From NCBI GenBank assembly GCA_051003195.1, contig JBPCLP010000013.1:64001-128000 (forward strand): a stretch of 64,000 nt of DNA. The letters are read 5' to 3'. The DNA comes from Candidatus Sumerlaeaceae bacterium (GTDB taxonomy: Bacteria > Sumerlaeota > Sumerlaeia > Sumerlaeales > Sumerlaeaceae). The notes under the pieces are model-generated. The model searched no databases and was not told the DNA's origin. It worked only from the letters and a program-made list of their open reading frames with translations. This document shows positions 49,074-60,237 of this stretch, piece after piece. A program made the translations under genes and the position numbers. The number at the start of each line of letters is the position of its first letter. Within the stretch, counting starts at the first letter, position 1.

Positions 49074-49139
49074 CCGTGACTCCTTATAATACTTAGTTGC
49101 TGTGCCTCCACAGGCACAACTTTTGCCCTGCACAACCCA

Positions 49140-50264
49140 TCAGGGTAGGGTATTAGCTGCTCTATCCTTTGCGACGCGGTCCCAGTGAATGCACCTTACG
49201 GAATGGCTGGGAGAAACCTCGTACAAGGGCGGGACACCCTGTGTACATTCAGCCGTTGCGTACGGACATCTTGGATGGAACCGGCATCCCGCCGGATGTA
49301 AACTTGGATCAGGCACGTTCCCTTCGATCGAGTAAAGCTTTTTCTGCTGTTTGATCTCATCAATACGGGGGATGGATTTCAGCAGACCAAGCGTATACGG
49401 ATGAAGCGGTTCGGCAAACAGCGAGTTAACATCAGCATATTCAACAATCTGACCTGCGTACATGACTGCCACATGGTCGCTGATCTCCGCGATTACCCCA
49501 AGGTCGTGCGTGATCATCATAATGGAAGACCCGAACTCTTCCTTCAGGTCCTCCATCAGGTTCAGAATCTGCGCCTGCACGGTCACATCCAGCGCCGTTG
49601 TCGGCTCGTCGGCAATCAGCAGGTCCGGATTGCACGCGAGCGCCATTGCAATCATCACGCGCTGGCGCATTCCCCCGCTCATCTGGTGGGGATACTCTCT
49701 CACCCGCTGCTGTGCACTGGGGATCCGCACAAGGTCCAGCATACGGACGGCTTCGCGAATAGACTCGCGCTTGCCCATGCCCCGGTGCACGCGAAACGCC
49801 TCGCCAATCTGGTCGCCCACCGTGAACACCGGGTTCAGCGAGGTCATGGGCTCCTGGAAGATCATCGAAATCTTGTTACCGCGCACCTTGCGCATGTCGC
49901 GCTCTGGCAGGTCCAGCAGGTTCTGGCCGCGGTAAAAAATCTGGCCGCCCTCGATCTTACCCGGCGGCGACTGGATGAGGCGCATGATGCTGAGCGAGGT
50001 GACTGACTTGCCGCACCCTGATTCACCGACAATGCCCAGCGTCTGCCCTTTGCCAATGGCAAAGCTTACGCCGTCCACCGCCTTCGACGTACCCTCCGAA
50101 GTGTGGAAGTAGGTCCGGAGATTTTCGACCACGAGCAGATATTTGGCGGGGTCGAAGTTGGGCTGTTGGTATTTGGGGACGGACTCCGCCTCGGCAGACG
50201 GTGGGCCACTGGGCAGATCGCGCAGGACCGGCGCACCTGTGGGCGTCGTGGCAAGTTGAGCCAT
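49140..50264 (-). CDS. Oligopeptide/dipeptide ABC transporter ATP-binding protein (OppD/DppD-like)
   Basis: [36 protein letters not shown] and GCRFHPRC. Confidence 0.93.
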   Translation of the reverse strand: MAQLATTPTGAPVLRDLPSGPPSAEAESVPKYQQPNFDPAKYLLVVENLRTYFHTSEGTSKAVDGVSFAIGKGQTLGIVGESGCGKSVTSLSIMRLIQSPPGKIEGGQIFYRGQNLLDLPERDMRKVRGNKISMIFQEPMTSLNPVFTVGDQIGEAFRVHRGMGKRESIREAVRMLDLVRIPSAQQRVREYPHQMSGGMRQRVMIAMALACNPDLLIADEPTTALDVTVQAQILNLMEDLKEEFGSSIMMITHDLGVIAEISDHVAVMYAGQIVEYADVNSLFAEPLHPYTLGLLKSIPRIDEIKQQKKLYSIEGNVPDPSLHPAGCRFHPRCPYATAECTQGVPPLYEVSPSHSVRCIHWDRVAKDRAANTLP

Positions 50265-50809
50265 CTGCTACACGCTTCCCCGGCATTTCACGTGACGCAT
50301 AACCTCGCACCTTGTTTTGCTCCGCAGGCCTGTCAACCCACTTGTGACCGCGCGCAAACACATTCGCGGAGCGGCCGCAGGCCAGCGTCGTTCCGCCGGC
50401 CCCCCACTTTCCAGTCGACTACTTAACATAGTAACACCCCATCCAGGAAATGGACAACAAGGGGGTTGTTGAATAACCCACTTCCCATACGGCCGCCGAT
50501 CCGTGCTCAACTGAAGTAAAGGCCGAAGTGCCTTCGTTTTGAAGAACTCACATCGGGCGCCAATGATATGCTCAGCAGGCCCATACGATTGTTAAACCAG
50601 CACATCCTGGTTTTCACGCGCACGCATCCCTGAAATCGCATTCAAAAACCCACAACATGTGTAGGCGCAACGTGGCGCGCAGACGTAAGCCAACCACCTG
50701 TGGAACACCCATTCTGTAAGGGCGTGGGCCGCCTCCGTACCCTTTATTCTTGCCACTTCCGCAATGCCTGCGGCACTCCTCGTTGTAGTCTACAGCTGGG
50801 GGTTGTTAG

Positions 50810-51718
50810 ATGGCAGAGCCAGAAAACCTTTCCGAGCTCATCGACGAAACGTCAGTGGCCCTCACGCTGCTGATCGAGCGGATCGCCGAGAGCCAGCAGC
50901 ACGTCGAAGAAATCGGTATTTCCGCGGCTGACTCCTGGAAGTCGGTCGAGACCAACCTGGTGGCCGCCGACGAGCAACTTACCGCTCTCGACACCGCGAT
51001 GGAAAACGTCCACTCCTTCCTCGATACACACGCCGAGGTGGAGAAGGGCCGGTTTGACGATCTCGCCGAAGCGCTTCAGATGATCGAAGTCACCCTGGCG
51101 GAAACGGGCAAGCGCATCGAATCCGACGAACAGATCCTTGCAGAGCGCTTTACGGACATGCAGACAAACCTGGGCTCCACGCTCGCGGGATGGACCGAGG
51201 CTGCGAACCACTACACCACGGACCTCCGACAGGTGAGCGAGACCATGAGCAACATGGAAGAAACCCTGGCGGAGGCTGCTGAGTCGCTCGACGAGGAACT
51301 GGCCGATGCGAAGACCGGTGTGACCGAGGATATCGAAAAGATTATCGCCGAAATATCCGACACGGACGAGACAATCAAGGCCGCAACCGCGTCCATCATC
51401 GAAGCTATTGATGAGCTGGTAACGCCGGCGCTGGAGTCCGCAGAATCCTTTAAGGCGGAATTCAAGGAACTCAGCGGAAGTGTTTTCGACGACATCGAGG
51501 AAAAGTTCGAGGAAGGGTTCGAAGAGTCGCTCGAGCAACTGGGCGATGGCGTCGGCGGCGCACTCGCAATCGTGGACCAGGCGATGCAGACGAAAGTAAC
51601 CGAAAACGAGGAAGCGATGGCCGCGCTGGAGAAGGCGGTCGACGACTGCTCGGCGACGGCAAAGGCCGCGTGCGATCACGTGCAAGATGCGTTTTCCCAC
51701 TGGGAGCGACACGTATAA
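50810..51718 (+). CDS. Acidic alpha-helical/coiled-coil protein 1 (unknown function)
   Basis: 302 aa, E/D/A/L-rich, almost no Pro, no signal peptide. Confidence 0.85.
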   Translation: MAEPENLSELIDETSVALTLLIERIAESQQHVEEIGISAADSWKSVETNLVAADEQLTALDTAMENVHSFLDTHAEVEKGRFDDLAEALQMIEVTLAETGKRIESDEQILAERFTDMQTNLGSTLAGWTEAANHYTTDLRQVSETMSNMEETLAEAAESLDEELADAKTGVTEDIEKIIAEISDTDETIKAATASIIEAIDELVTPALESAESFKAEFKELSGSVFDDIEEKFEEGFEESLEQLGDGVGGALAIVDQAMQTKVTENEEAMAALEKAVDDCSATAKAACDHVQDAFSHWERHV

Positions 51719-51748
51719 TGCGTCGCACACCTGAAAGGACAATGAACC

Positions 51749-52786
51749 ATGGCTGATCCGAATACAACACTGGTGCAGTCGCGCGAGATGCTCGTGTCGC
51801 TGCGGGACGGGATCGTTGCATCGAACCTGCAGCTGGAGACCCTTTCTGCTGCGCATGACGCGAATGCGAAAGAACGGCAGGAGCACTCCAACGCCCTCTA
51901 CGATGCACTGTCCGACATCACCGCATCCTGCGCGACCGCGCAGACCAATATTGTCGAAGCCAATGGCGAGCTCATCCCGATCATCGAGGGGCTCGGCAAC
52001 TACCTTGAGACCGAGCACACGCAGCTAACGCAGGAAGCCACCACTCACGCCGATGAGACCGAACAGCTCATGCAGGAGCACCACGAGGAACTGGTTAAGC
52101 TCGAGCAATCTTCCAACGCCCACCGCGACGAGGTTGCCGATGTGATTGCACGTTTTGAAGAAGCCGTGAAGGAGCAGGTGGAAGCGCACGGCGAATTCGA
52201 ACACGCATACTCGACCATTGCCGACGACCTGGTAAATGCGCGCACGCACCTCGACGAGCTGATCAAGGCGCACGAAACTGCAAGAGACGCACTGCTGGAG
52301 CACGTCGAGGAGTTCGTCGCCGCAATCGATGAGACCGCCGATTCGTTTGTGACGCATCTGGACGAATCCAAGTCGACGCTGGAGGAAGCACGCGAGGAAA
52401 CTCAACAGAAAGTCTTCGCCGCGTACAATCAGTTCCGCGAATCTGTCCTCGCAACGATCGCCGAGATCAACAGCGACATGGCTAAAAATATCGATGTAAC
52501 GCTGCAACACATCGAGGAGATATCGAACAAGCTTGAGGCCGACTTTGACGAAGCGTGGCACGACATCCTGCGTGGCGGGTTTCGTGATATTGCTGAAAGC
52601 ATCGTCGATACTGTCGGCGGCTATCTCTTCGACAATCTGAAGGATCGCGCGATGGACTATGCTGAATTCGCAGTTAAGCGCGCTTTCCCGGTCGCCGGGG
52701 TGGTCATTACTTTTCTGGAAGAAGCCGACGAAATTTACTCAGGCATCCAATCCATCTACGACATCCTGGAAACCATCAGCGAATAG
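51749..52786 (+). CDS. Acidic alpha-helical/coiled-coil protein 2, His-enriched, with hydrophobic C-terminal patch
   Basis: 345 aa; SD AAAGGA; C-terminal AFPVAGVVITFL. Confidence 0.85.
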   Translation: MADPNTTLVQSREMLVSLRDGIVASNLQLETLSAAHDANAKERQEHSNALYDALSDITASCATAQTNIVEANGELIPIIEGLGNYLETEHTQLTQEATTHADETEQLMQEHHEELVKLEQSSNAHRDEVADVIARFEEAVKEQVEAHGEFEHAYSTIADDLVNARTHLDELIKAHETARDALLEHVEEFVAAIDETADSFVTHLDESKSTLEEAREETQQKVFAAYNQFRESVLATIAEINSDMAKNIDVTLQHIEEISNKLEADFDEAWHDILRGGFRDIAESIVDTVGGYLFDNLKDRAMDYAEFAVKRAFPVAGVVITFLEEADEIYSGIQSIYDILETISE

Positions 52787-52801
52787 GAAGGCAGGCAAAC
52801 C

Positions 52802-53731
52802 ATGGCGCCAACGGATAGTCCCATATTGCAGGCAGCGATGGCCAGCCCCGGCTGGGTGGAAGCTGCCAACACGATTGCAGATACTTTTGCGGAAGAGCTG
52901 CAGCAGGCACAGATGAGCCTGCAGAATCACATGCAGGACCTGCAGGTTCTGCTGGACCAGTTAAACGAGGAGCTTACCGGCCTTACAGAAGACTGTGATG
53001 CGGCGCACACGGAACTGCAGCAGCGCTTCGCGGAAGTGCGCGAAGAGCTCGCCAGGACGCACGCGGAAATAGACGCGGCCGAGGAGAAGGTAAAGGCGAG
53101 CACCCTTGAGCTGACGCAACACCTGGAAGAACTGGATAAGAAGGTGGACTCCACGCTCGCGGACTTCAACACCATGCACACGGAGTCGATGGCGTCGCAA
53201 ACCGAGATGGCCACGAAGTTGCTTGGCGCGCATGGCCGGCTGACCGAGCAAACTATTGAGTTGCCGATTCGCATCACGGCCCTCATGGCCGCCGTTGCAG
53301 TCGCGACGGTCCAGGTGGACGAGGCAGCCCCCGTCTACCGCAAAGGCGTGGAGGCGTTGCAGGAAGCGGGCGACGACATCGTGGAGAAAGCTGTCGCCAC
53401 CGAGACCGAGGCGGCAGCGGACTTCGAACAGCAAATGGCCGACATCGATGGGGAATGGTTTCGCCCGTCGATAACCATGGCCGAGCAGGTGGACGATGTC
53501 CTTGATGCAGACGTGGTGGTCCCGTTCCGCGCGCAGGCGGAGAGCTACGGCGCGAAATACATTCAGCTGGCGACGCAGTTGCGTGCGGAAATTGATGCGG
53601 TGAGCGATGCCAGCGACGAAGTCACGCCGATGCAGGAAGTCGCGCAGGAGTTGACCGACCAAGTCATTGAGGCCCTTCCAACGGCAAAGGATGTGTTCGA
53701 CAAGCTCGGAGTGAATTGGCCGGGGCGTTAG
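52802..53731 (+). CDS. Acidic alpha-helical/coiled-coil protein 3 with central hydrophobic stretch
   Basis: 309 aa; 15-bp gap from the previous gene; ITALMAAVAVATV segment; ends LGVNWPGR. Confidence 0.85.
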   Translation: MAPTDSPILQAAMASPGWVEAANTIADTFAEELQQAQMSLQNHMQDLQVLLDQLNEELTGLTEDCDAAHTELQQRFAEVREELARTHAEIDAAEEKVKASTLELTQHLEELDKKVDSTLADFNTMHTESMASQTEMATKLLGAHGRLTEQTIELPIRITALMAAVAVATVQVDEAAPVYRKGVEALQEAGDDIVEKAVATETEAAADFEQQMADIDGEWFRPSITMAEQVDDVLDADVVVPFRAQAESYGAKYIQLATQLRAEIDAVSDASDEVTPMQEVAQELTDQVIEALPTAKDVFDKLGVNWPGR

Positions 53732-53785
53732 TTGCGGCGGCAGTAGTGCAGTTATTAACAGGGTCGTGAAAGAGGCATCTAGAAG

Positions 53786-54682
53786 ATGGATATCCAGGAA
53801 CTCGCCAACATCGCACTGGTAAACCTGCAGGAACTGGAGCAGTCTGCATCCGAGGTCGAGACACAAATCGCCGAGATGCAAGGTCAGGCCGACCATACTG
53901 TCACTCAGGTGGAAGCCAGGTTCCTCGAAGCCGTGGAAGAGACGACAGCGCTTATGGCCGCGGTTCAAAAGATGCGCGCCGATTACGCAATCGAACGCGA
54001 GCAGGCGCTCGGTGAGCTCACGCAACTCGAGGCCGCCATCCACCAGTTCCGCGATGACGCGGTTCGCGATCTCTCGCAGGTGGAAACCACGCTGGAGCAG
54101 ACCAGCACGTCCGTAACCGGGCTGATCGAATCCGTCGACTCAATGGAACAGGACGTGCGCGAGAAGATCGAGGCCCTGGAACAGGACCTGGAGGAGAAAA
54201 CGGACGGGGCGCAGCAGATTGCGGACCAGTACATAGATCGTTTCAACGCTTTCAACGACGCGGCGGAAGAAGGCCGCAACGATATCGCAGAAGCGGGCGA
54301 GAACCTCAAATCCAACGTCCAGTACCAGCACGATGAAGTCTTGGTCGCACTCAAGCAGAAGTTCGAACCCATCGAGAGCCGCGCAACGTCGTTGGATTCC
54401 CTGCTGGAGAACGAGGCCCTTGCCCGTAACAGCGATTCTTCGCTGATTATTTCAAAGGCAGGAGCTTCGCTGCGGGCGAAGGTGGCCGAGGTAAAAGAAG
54501 CCGCAGGAAAATTCCACGAAGAAATGGAAGAGCGGCTCGAGGAGATCTCCGATCGCGGCGGCGCGCTCATCTTTGCGACTAAGGTTGCTGAGACTTCCAT
54601 GTCGGACCTCACTGGGCAATGGGGAGTGAGCCTGGTCATCTTCCGCAGCGCAACCGAGACGCTGAAAGCCCTGGGGAAGTGA
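53786..54682 (+). CDS. Acidic alpha-helical/coiled-coil protein 4
   Basis: 298 aa; heptad-like E/Q/A/L pattern; C-terminal GGALIFA and WGVSLVIF patches. Confidence 0.85.
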   Translation: MDIQELANIALVNLQELEQSASEVETQIAEMQGQADHTVTQVEARFLEAVEETTALMAAVQKMRADYAIEREQALGELTQLEAAIHQFRDDAVRDLSQVETTLEQTSTSVTGLIESVDSMEQDVREKIEALEQDLEEKTDGAQQIADQYIDRFNAFNDAAEEGRNDIAEAGENLKSNVQYQHDEVLVALKQKFEPIESRATSLDSLLENEALARNSDSSLIISKAGASLRAKVAEVKEAAGKFHEEMEERLEEISDRGGALIFATKVAETSMSDLTGQWGVSLVIFRSATETLKALGK

Positions 54683-54786
54683 TCTTCCGTCGAAAACGCG
54701 TGTCCCGGGGATAGCTCCCAAACTCATAGAAAACTCTCTTGAAGAGCCCGCCGGTAAAGATGCGGGAATTCTGGATAAGCCACCAA

Positions 54787-54928
54787 CGCGCCAGATCGCA
54801 ACACGCGTCTGATCTTTCCACCCTCGCGCCAGATCGAACCACGCGTGTGATCTTTCCACCCTCGCGCCAGAACGCACCACGCGTCTGATCTTTCCACCCT
54901 CGCTCCAGATCGCACCACGCGTCTGATC
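54787..54928. repeat. 38-bp tandem repeat, ~3.7 copies
   Basis: Unit CGCGCCAGATCGCACCACGCGTCTGATCTTTCCACCCT starts at 54787, 54825, 54863 and 54901 (partial), with 1-2 substitutions per copy and no spacers. Confidence 0.92.
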
Positions 54929-55125
54929 CATCCCGACCCGGCCAAACGACCACGCACGCGACCAAAACTCGTACCCCGCTCCTGGGAGTGCGACACCGCG
55001 TGCCGCACCATACAACCCGGGCATTTCCTATTACGCGTCCTGCACGTTTGGACCCGGTTTCGGAACCTCAGAACTTCACATACACACGAATAACGACGAA
55101 TGATGTAAGGATCCGAGTGCGCGGG

Positions 55126-55284
55126 CGACTGCGGTTGGAGGCTTTTCAAGTTTTTCAAGTTTTTCAAGTTTTTTTCAAGTTTGCCGTGTAGAAGATTGAA
55201 AGGACTGCAGATAAATCAAGTTGGCGAAAAATGGGTAATTTCGCCACTTGAAAAACGGTAATCCTCGCGTAAGAATTCGCCGGG
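55126..55284 (+). repeat. Non-coding element copy A (inverted partner of 61622-61757), with internal (TTTTCAAGT)n expansion
   Basis: 55236-55264 (TAATTTCGCCACTTGAAAAACGGTAATCC) is the exact reverse complement of 61641-61669; the flanks align with scattered mismatches. Confidence 0.85.
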
Positions 55285-55768
55285 CCCGTGGATTTCCCGC
55301 TTCCTTGCGCGATGGCGCGGTTTTTCCGCCAGGCGCATGGACGTAAAATGCCACGCGGATTTGGGCGCAGAAGTCCCTTTGCCGTTGGTCACGGCGGTCA
55401 GGCTGCATAGTTTTCAAAGAACACGTTCGGCTTACTACGCGGACACGTTTACACCAGGTTGGGGGTGCGTGCCTATTCCCTGGCGTCACCTTAGGGTGGG
55501 CTAACTCCAATAAAGTCGAAAAAGATTTTGGGCGTACCTGCGCTGGTGCGTGCCGGCAACTCCGGATGAGCGTGCGTTTAAGCGATGGGCGTCAGCTGCC
55601 TGAAAAGAGGGTATGCCCGAAGGCGAGTGAACCACAAAAGCGGCGGCGCGGGACTCAATGGATAACCTGTCACTCAAATCGTCCCCGCAACTGATCCCGT
55701 TATTCCTGGCAGCTCCTGGTACTGGTGACCCAATCATAAGTGGCGCCCGAACACGTAGTCAGATTGAA

Positions 55769-58207
55769 TCAGTACAATGGCCAGCCATGCACTGCAGCCG
55801 GCGATGGTTTATATAATCTCAACGAGCTGAATGGGGGTAGTGACACAGCGCTACTGGTCCAGCTTGTTACGACTAACTGAGGTGTTCGGCCTGCGTTGAC
55901 CAACAATGCCGTGGGCGAATTAACCGGATAGACGATCCAGCCGGGTCCTGTCAATCCGTCGACCTGAAAATCCCGAAGTGCTGTGCTTCCCCCGGTTGGC
56001 GGCAGCATCATAAAAAATTCGGAGACAGCGGGCGGGTTTGGTCGCAATGCCGCGCCCGCAAGTGTCGACGCCACCAGTTTGCGGCCAACACGATCGTACG
56101 TGCAGCTCAGTTTCTGGCCAAGCGTCCATTCGATGATTCGGCTCGTGCCGACTTCCTGCACCGTGACAGAGGAACTGGCTATCTGGTCGGAAATGAAAGC
56201 TGCATAGCTGGGCCAATCGCTGGCTTGCTCGCATCGGAAAATTAATCCAGCTTCAATTCGCTCTCCGGCCAAGTTCAATGGTGTGCTGGAATCGGCGGTA
56301 AACACCGAGAGGTTCAAGTGGCCGTCACCCCGGCAAATTGATCCGCTTCTGTCCCTGGGCCCCGTCGGGTTGGCAAAAATCGGCTGCGCGGCAAGATACA
56401 CCCCCCCGCGGCGCGCCGACACAACACGACCCATGTTCCACGTGCAGGGCAGCGCAACGGGTACACCATCCATCCGGATGTCTTCCCACTCGCCAAACCG
56501 TTCGTCGGCGACAAGCGCTAGCATGGCACGCTTCGCCGCAGCTTCACCGGGTGGAACATCTGCGTCCGAAAAATAAATGACACGGTTGGCCGCCTGCACC
56601 GCATGCTGATTCAGCCGCATGCGCTCGCCGGACGTGGCAACCTCATCGGATGTCGCTCCGCATCGTGCGTACACACCCGCGAACGAGGCTGGATTTCCAG
56701 GCTCAGGAACCTGAAGCAGGAAACCCTCAGTCTGAATCGTGTAACATGGGTCGAGGGTTCCAAGTGAATACGAAGGCGTCAGCAATGAGTAAAACTCCTG
56801 GACCCGGGACCGCTGGTACGATTGCGCCGGCAACTGGCGTGAGAGAAATACCTGCGCGATCTCCAGAGGAGGGGGCTGGTCAAACGAACTCAGAAACGCC
56901 GCGGGGTTTATGTCGAGCGAATGGCCTGCGAAGAAATTCTCGGATACGCGGCCGGTCGAAGCATACGCAGGCCGGTTAAGCAGCGCGTTCAGCAGGAGAC
57001 CGGACAACCCGGTACCGCCGCGCAACCCGTCGTCATACGCACGGCTATACGGTCCCGCCTGGTGCCCTGCGGGCGCGTAATGATGCATGGCAAGCTCAAG
57101 CCAGAACCGATCGATCAGAACGCGGCACTGCGCAGCGGCGCGGGTGTCGTCTGTCTCCTTTACAAACAGCAGAATCGACCACAGACTCACACCGACATAG
57201 ACCGGGCTGTTGCACTCGAAAGACGCGCCTGCGGAAGTAATTTTGTCGCAGAAGCCGTCCAGGTAATATCGGGCGGCTGAGGTCAGGTCATCGTCCTGGT
57301 GAAGTTTGCCGGCCAGCTCCATACCTGCCACCGCCAGCGCAGCAAAGTTTGTGTGTTCCAAAGTATAGCCGGTGTCCAGGACGCGCTTAAGATAGTACCC
57401 CGCATCCAGCACGGCGGGCGATAGCATCGCGATCGTGTCGCTGGTCAACAAAGCCGGCGGATGCAGAAGTAATTCGGCAAGCAGCGAAGTAATAAAGAAA
57501 GTTGCGCCCTGGTCGGGCTCCTGCAGGTCACTCGAGTTGGTAAAGAACGCGCCGTGATCAAAGGTGGCGGTGGTAGTGCTTCGGTAAGTCGCAAGTGTTT
57601 GCAGGATCGCGTTTGCGCGCATCGCCGACGCTGCATCACCCTTTTGCAGCAGCGCCCATGCATAGTACGCATCTTCGCGGCTCCAGTGAAAATCGTCATT
57701 CGGGTCATTGCCTAGCCAGGTGCCGGTTGTATGCGGGTCGAACAAGGCGTCCATTCTGTTAAGGGTCAACGCGAGATACTGTAGCGCCACCGCCGCGCTC
57801 GTCTCCTGGGCGAGCACGGGGGACGAGCCCGTGCGTGAAAAGGTTGCCCAGGCACGCTGACGGGCCTCGGTGAGCGTGACCGTAAGATACGACGGCCCGG
57901 GTCCGCAAAGCGCGGCATCAATGATGATGGTGCTGGTGGCGACGGGATCGTAAACACTTGTCGTGGTTTCGGTTAAACCCGACATAATCTCATTCCGCCG
58001 AAGCCGAAGCGTATCCGTGCTTGCTGACAAGCCCGGTGGCAGAATGACAGTCACCGATCCGGTACTGTCGAAGTAGTGGTTATATCGTGCACCCGACAGG
58101 ACAAACCGCGTGTCGGGCAATGGACTTTCCGCAAATGCATACATGCATCCCATACACGCCACTAACATGCACACAATGCGCAGCAGGGGAATGCGAGTGA
58201 AGAGCAT
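55769..58207 (-). CDS. Large secreted protein, possibly heparinase II/III-like (alpha/alpha toroid + beta-sandwich), with V-x-G-W-x-x-Y tail
   Basis: Signal peptide; HTNF, ECNSPVY and AGPYSRAY motifs in a helical core; ends PSPAAVHGWPLY. Family call is tentative. Confidence 0.65.
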   Translation of the reverse strand: MLFTRIPLLRIVCMLVACMGCMYAFAESPLPDTRFVLSGARYNHYFDSTGSVTVILPPGLSASTDTLRLRRNEIMSGLTETTTSVYDPVATSTIIIDAALCGPGPSYLTVTLTEARQRAWATFSRTGSSPVLAQETSAAVALQYLALTLNRMDALFDPHTTGTWLGNDPNDDFHWSREDAYYAWALLQKGDAASAMRANAILQTLATYRSTTTATFDHGAFFTNSSDLQEPDQGATFFITSLLAELLLHPPALLTSDTIAMLSPAVLDAGYYLKRVLDTGYTLEHTNFAALAVAGMELAGKLHQDDDLTSAARYYLDGFCDKITSAGASFECNSPVYVGVSLWSILLFVKETDDTRAAAQCRVLIDRFWLELAMHHYAPAGHQAGPYSRAYDDGLRGGTGLSGLLLNALLNRPAYASTGRVSENFFAGHSLDINPAAFLSSFDQPPPLEIAQVFLSRQLPAQSYQRSRVQEFYSLLTPSYSLGTLDPCYTIQTEGFLLQVPEPGNPASFAGVYARCGATSDEVATSGERMRLNQHAVQAANRVIYFSDADVPPGEAAAKRAMLALVADERFGEWEDIRMDGVPVALPCTWNMGRVVSARRGGVYLAAQPIFANPTGPRDRSGSICRGDGHLNLSVFTADSSTPLNLAGERIEAGLIFRCEQASDWPSYAAFISDQIASSSVTVQEVGTSRIIEWTLGQKLSCTYDRVGRKLVASTLAGAALRPNPPAVSEFFMMLPPTGGSTALRDFQVDGLTGPGWIVYPVNSPTALLVNAGRTPQLVVTSWTSSAVSLPPFSSLRLYKPSPAAVHGWPLY

Positions 58208-58503
58208 CTACGCATTAACCATAAAGCCTGTACACTGTTCGCAGAAAACTGGACCACTCGATGCCCATTAGCTTGGGAACGCCGCCCTGTGCATGCAGGC
58301 GGCGGTGAAACATCGTCGGCTGGCGTGGCTGGAAGGGTGGTTATTGTTTTGATTAAGGAGGCTCGCCCCATCGTTTTAAAACTGTGCAACGATTGGACTC
58401 GAGTTCTGGGGGCAGCTGCGGAACCGTTCCGAAACCTGGTCCAAACTGGCAGAGATGCGTAAAAGGGAATGCCCGGATTGTAGGGTGCCGCCCAGTATTC
58501 GCT

Positions 58504-60237
58504 CTAAATTACTGCTATTCCGGACAACTCCCGATTGCTTGAACTGAGCACATATGGAATCGTCGCCTTAAAAGATGATCCGTTGCCCAGCGTGCTCTGC
58601 ACGGTAATATCACCGCCCATCATTCTGCAGAGATGTCGGCTAATGGCCAGCCCGAGGCCGGTGCCCCCATGTCGTCGCGTAGAGGACTTTTCTGCCTGGT
58701 AGAACTTTTCGAAGAGCCGATCAAGCTGTTCGGGAGTCATTCCAATTCCCGTATCGGCGACTGTCAGCTCGAGCCACTCCTCTCCGCCAACAGAAGTCCG
58801 GCGGCATTCAATCGTAATCACACCGTCTTTAGTAAACTTGCAGGCATTGGACAAAAGGTTCAGAAGCACCTGGCGGATTTTGGTGATATCGGAAAACATG
58901 AAAGCGGTGTTTGCATCGCACCGGCGCTCCAGCTTGTTGCGGTTAGCCTTCACGATCGGAAGTACGGTTGCGACTACCTCGTCCAGCACCATCGCAACTT
59001 CGAAACGGACTGGATTGAACTCCAATGTTCCAGACTCAATCTTTGCCAGGTCGAGGCAATTGTTGATGAGCGACAGCAGGTGATGAGCAGCGGCAATGAT
59101 TTTGCTCAGATCACCGCGAAGACGCTCATCGCAGCTGGTGCTTGCCTCTTCCACCACTAACTCAGCATAGCCAATGATCGCGTTGAGAGGAGTGCGGAAT
59201 TCATGGCTCATCATTGCCAGGAACTCACTTTTAGCGGTATTTGCGGCCACTGCTATGTCACGCAATGCCACCGCATGTTTAACCTGCTCTTCGCGCTCGT
59301 TGAGCGCACACTGCGCGCGCGTTCGTTCCGTTATGTTCATCGCCACAATTGTCAGACCTGTGAGGGTGCCGCCATTTTCGCGCAACGGTTCGGCGGTCAC
59401 GTCGTAGACTTCAACGTCGTCGTTCAGCGAAAGCCGCAGTTCACGACGAAGCCTCGAACCGCAGGTGATAGTATCCCGCCAAAGGCGCTGCATAAGTGCG
59501 GCATTGTGCGGACTGAGAAACTCGGCGTCTGTCTTTCCAATCATCGCGCTTTCATGAAATCCCCGTTGGGGATTATATACCCAGGTGTAGCGCAGATCGG
59601 CATCCAGTTGCGCAACCATGATGGGCGAATTGAGCAGGGCGATATGAAACCGGTGCTCGCTCTGGGCAAGATTGTCGTAGGCCTGCTGGAGTTCCTCCGT
59701 GCGTGTGACTATTTGCGCTTCCATCTGCGCAATCTTGGCGTCCATCTCTTTGGAAATCCCGAATACCGGTGTCTGACTCTGCTTGCGACGTACGTACGGC
59801 GTGACGTCTTCCACCCGGTGAATGATGTAGAGAATGGACCCGTCTGCACGCAGGACGGGAGAATTGATCGGGCTCCAGTAGCGTACCTCAAAATCTCCGC
59901 CCTCGGACGCTGGTCGGCGAATATCGTACTTTTGCAGTGCCATTGTATGGGGTTCTGCAGTTCGAAGAACTGTTTCCAATGACGCCCGGAGATTGCTCTC
60001 TCCAGTCGGGCTGGCTTCTTCTGGATTGTCTGGGAAAACCTGGAACAATCCACGTCCAAGGATCTCCTCGCGCCGTGTCATCGTCGCGGCCAGGTAACCG
60101 TCCGTCACCGCGACTATTGTATATTCCTTATCCGGAAGAAGAACAAGGCAATGCGCGGGTGCCGATTCGAAAAGCAGACGAAAGTCAGGGCCGGTCGAGT
60201 TCGTTAGGACGCGCGTTATTTTGCGAATCGGCTTCAA
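58504..60237 (-). CDS. Cytoplasmic PAS-PAS sensor histidine kinase
   Basis: Two PAS-like domains; [33 protein letters not shown] and GGTGLGL. Confidence 0.93.
   Translation of the reverse strand: MKPIRKITRVLTNSTGPDFRLLFESAPAHCLVLLPDKEYTIVAVTDGYLAATMTRREEILGRGLFQVFPDNPEEASPTGESNLRASLETVLRTAEPHTMALQKYDIRRPASEGGDFEVRYWSPINSPVLRADGSILYIIHRVEDVTPYVRRKQSQTPVFGISKEMDAKIAQMEAQIVTRTEELQQAYDNLAQSEHRFHIALLNSPIMVAQLDADLRYTWVYNPQRGFHESAMIGKTDAEFLSPHNAALMQRLWRDTITCGSRLRRELRLSLNDDVEVYDVTAEPLRENGGTLTGLTIVAMNITERTRAQCALNEREEQVKHAVALRDIAVAANTAKSEFLAMMSHEFRTPLNAIIGYAELVVEEASTSCDERLRGDLSKIIAAAHHLLSLINNCLDLAKIESGTLEFNPVRFEVAMVLDEVVATVLPIVKANRNKLERRCDANTAFMFSDITKIRQVLLNLLSNACKFTKDGVITIECRRTSVGGEEWLELTVADTGIGMTPEQLDRLFEKFYQAEKSSTRRHGGTGLGLAISRHLCRMMGGDITVQSTLGNGSSFKATIPYVLSSSNRELSGIAVI

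Noticed and set aside
50265..50809. Riboswitch or ncRNA in the 545-nt divergent intergenic region; GGGGGTTGTT occurs at 50461-50470 and 50798-50807
   Set aside because: I recognised no Rfam-like consensus, and one 10-bp direct repeat plus a weak hairpin is not enough. A covariance-model search would be needed.
50852..54639. Long minus-strand ORFs opposite the four helical genes (e.g. 50852-52018, 52961-54043)
   Set aside because: These are antisense shadows expected from biased codon usage in GC-rich genes; they have no motifs or ribosome-binding sites.
54787..54928. Possible CRISPR array (38-bp repeats with dyad symmetry)
   Set aside because: The units are directly head-to-tail with no unique spacers, and there are no cas genes in the window.
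54452..55737. ORFs across the repeat region (54452-55024, 54636-54965, 54724-55167, 55175-55510, 55501-55737)
   Set aside because: The translations merely reflect the 38-bp and 9-bp DNA repeats or lack protein-like composition, so I treated the region as non-coding.
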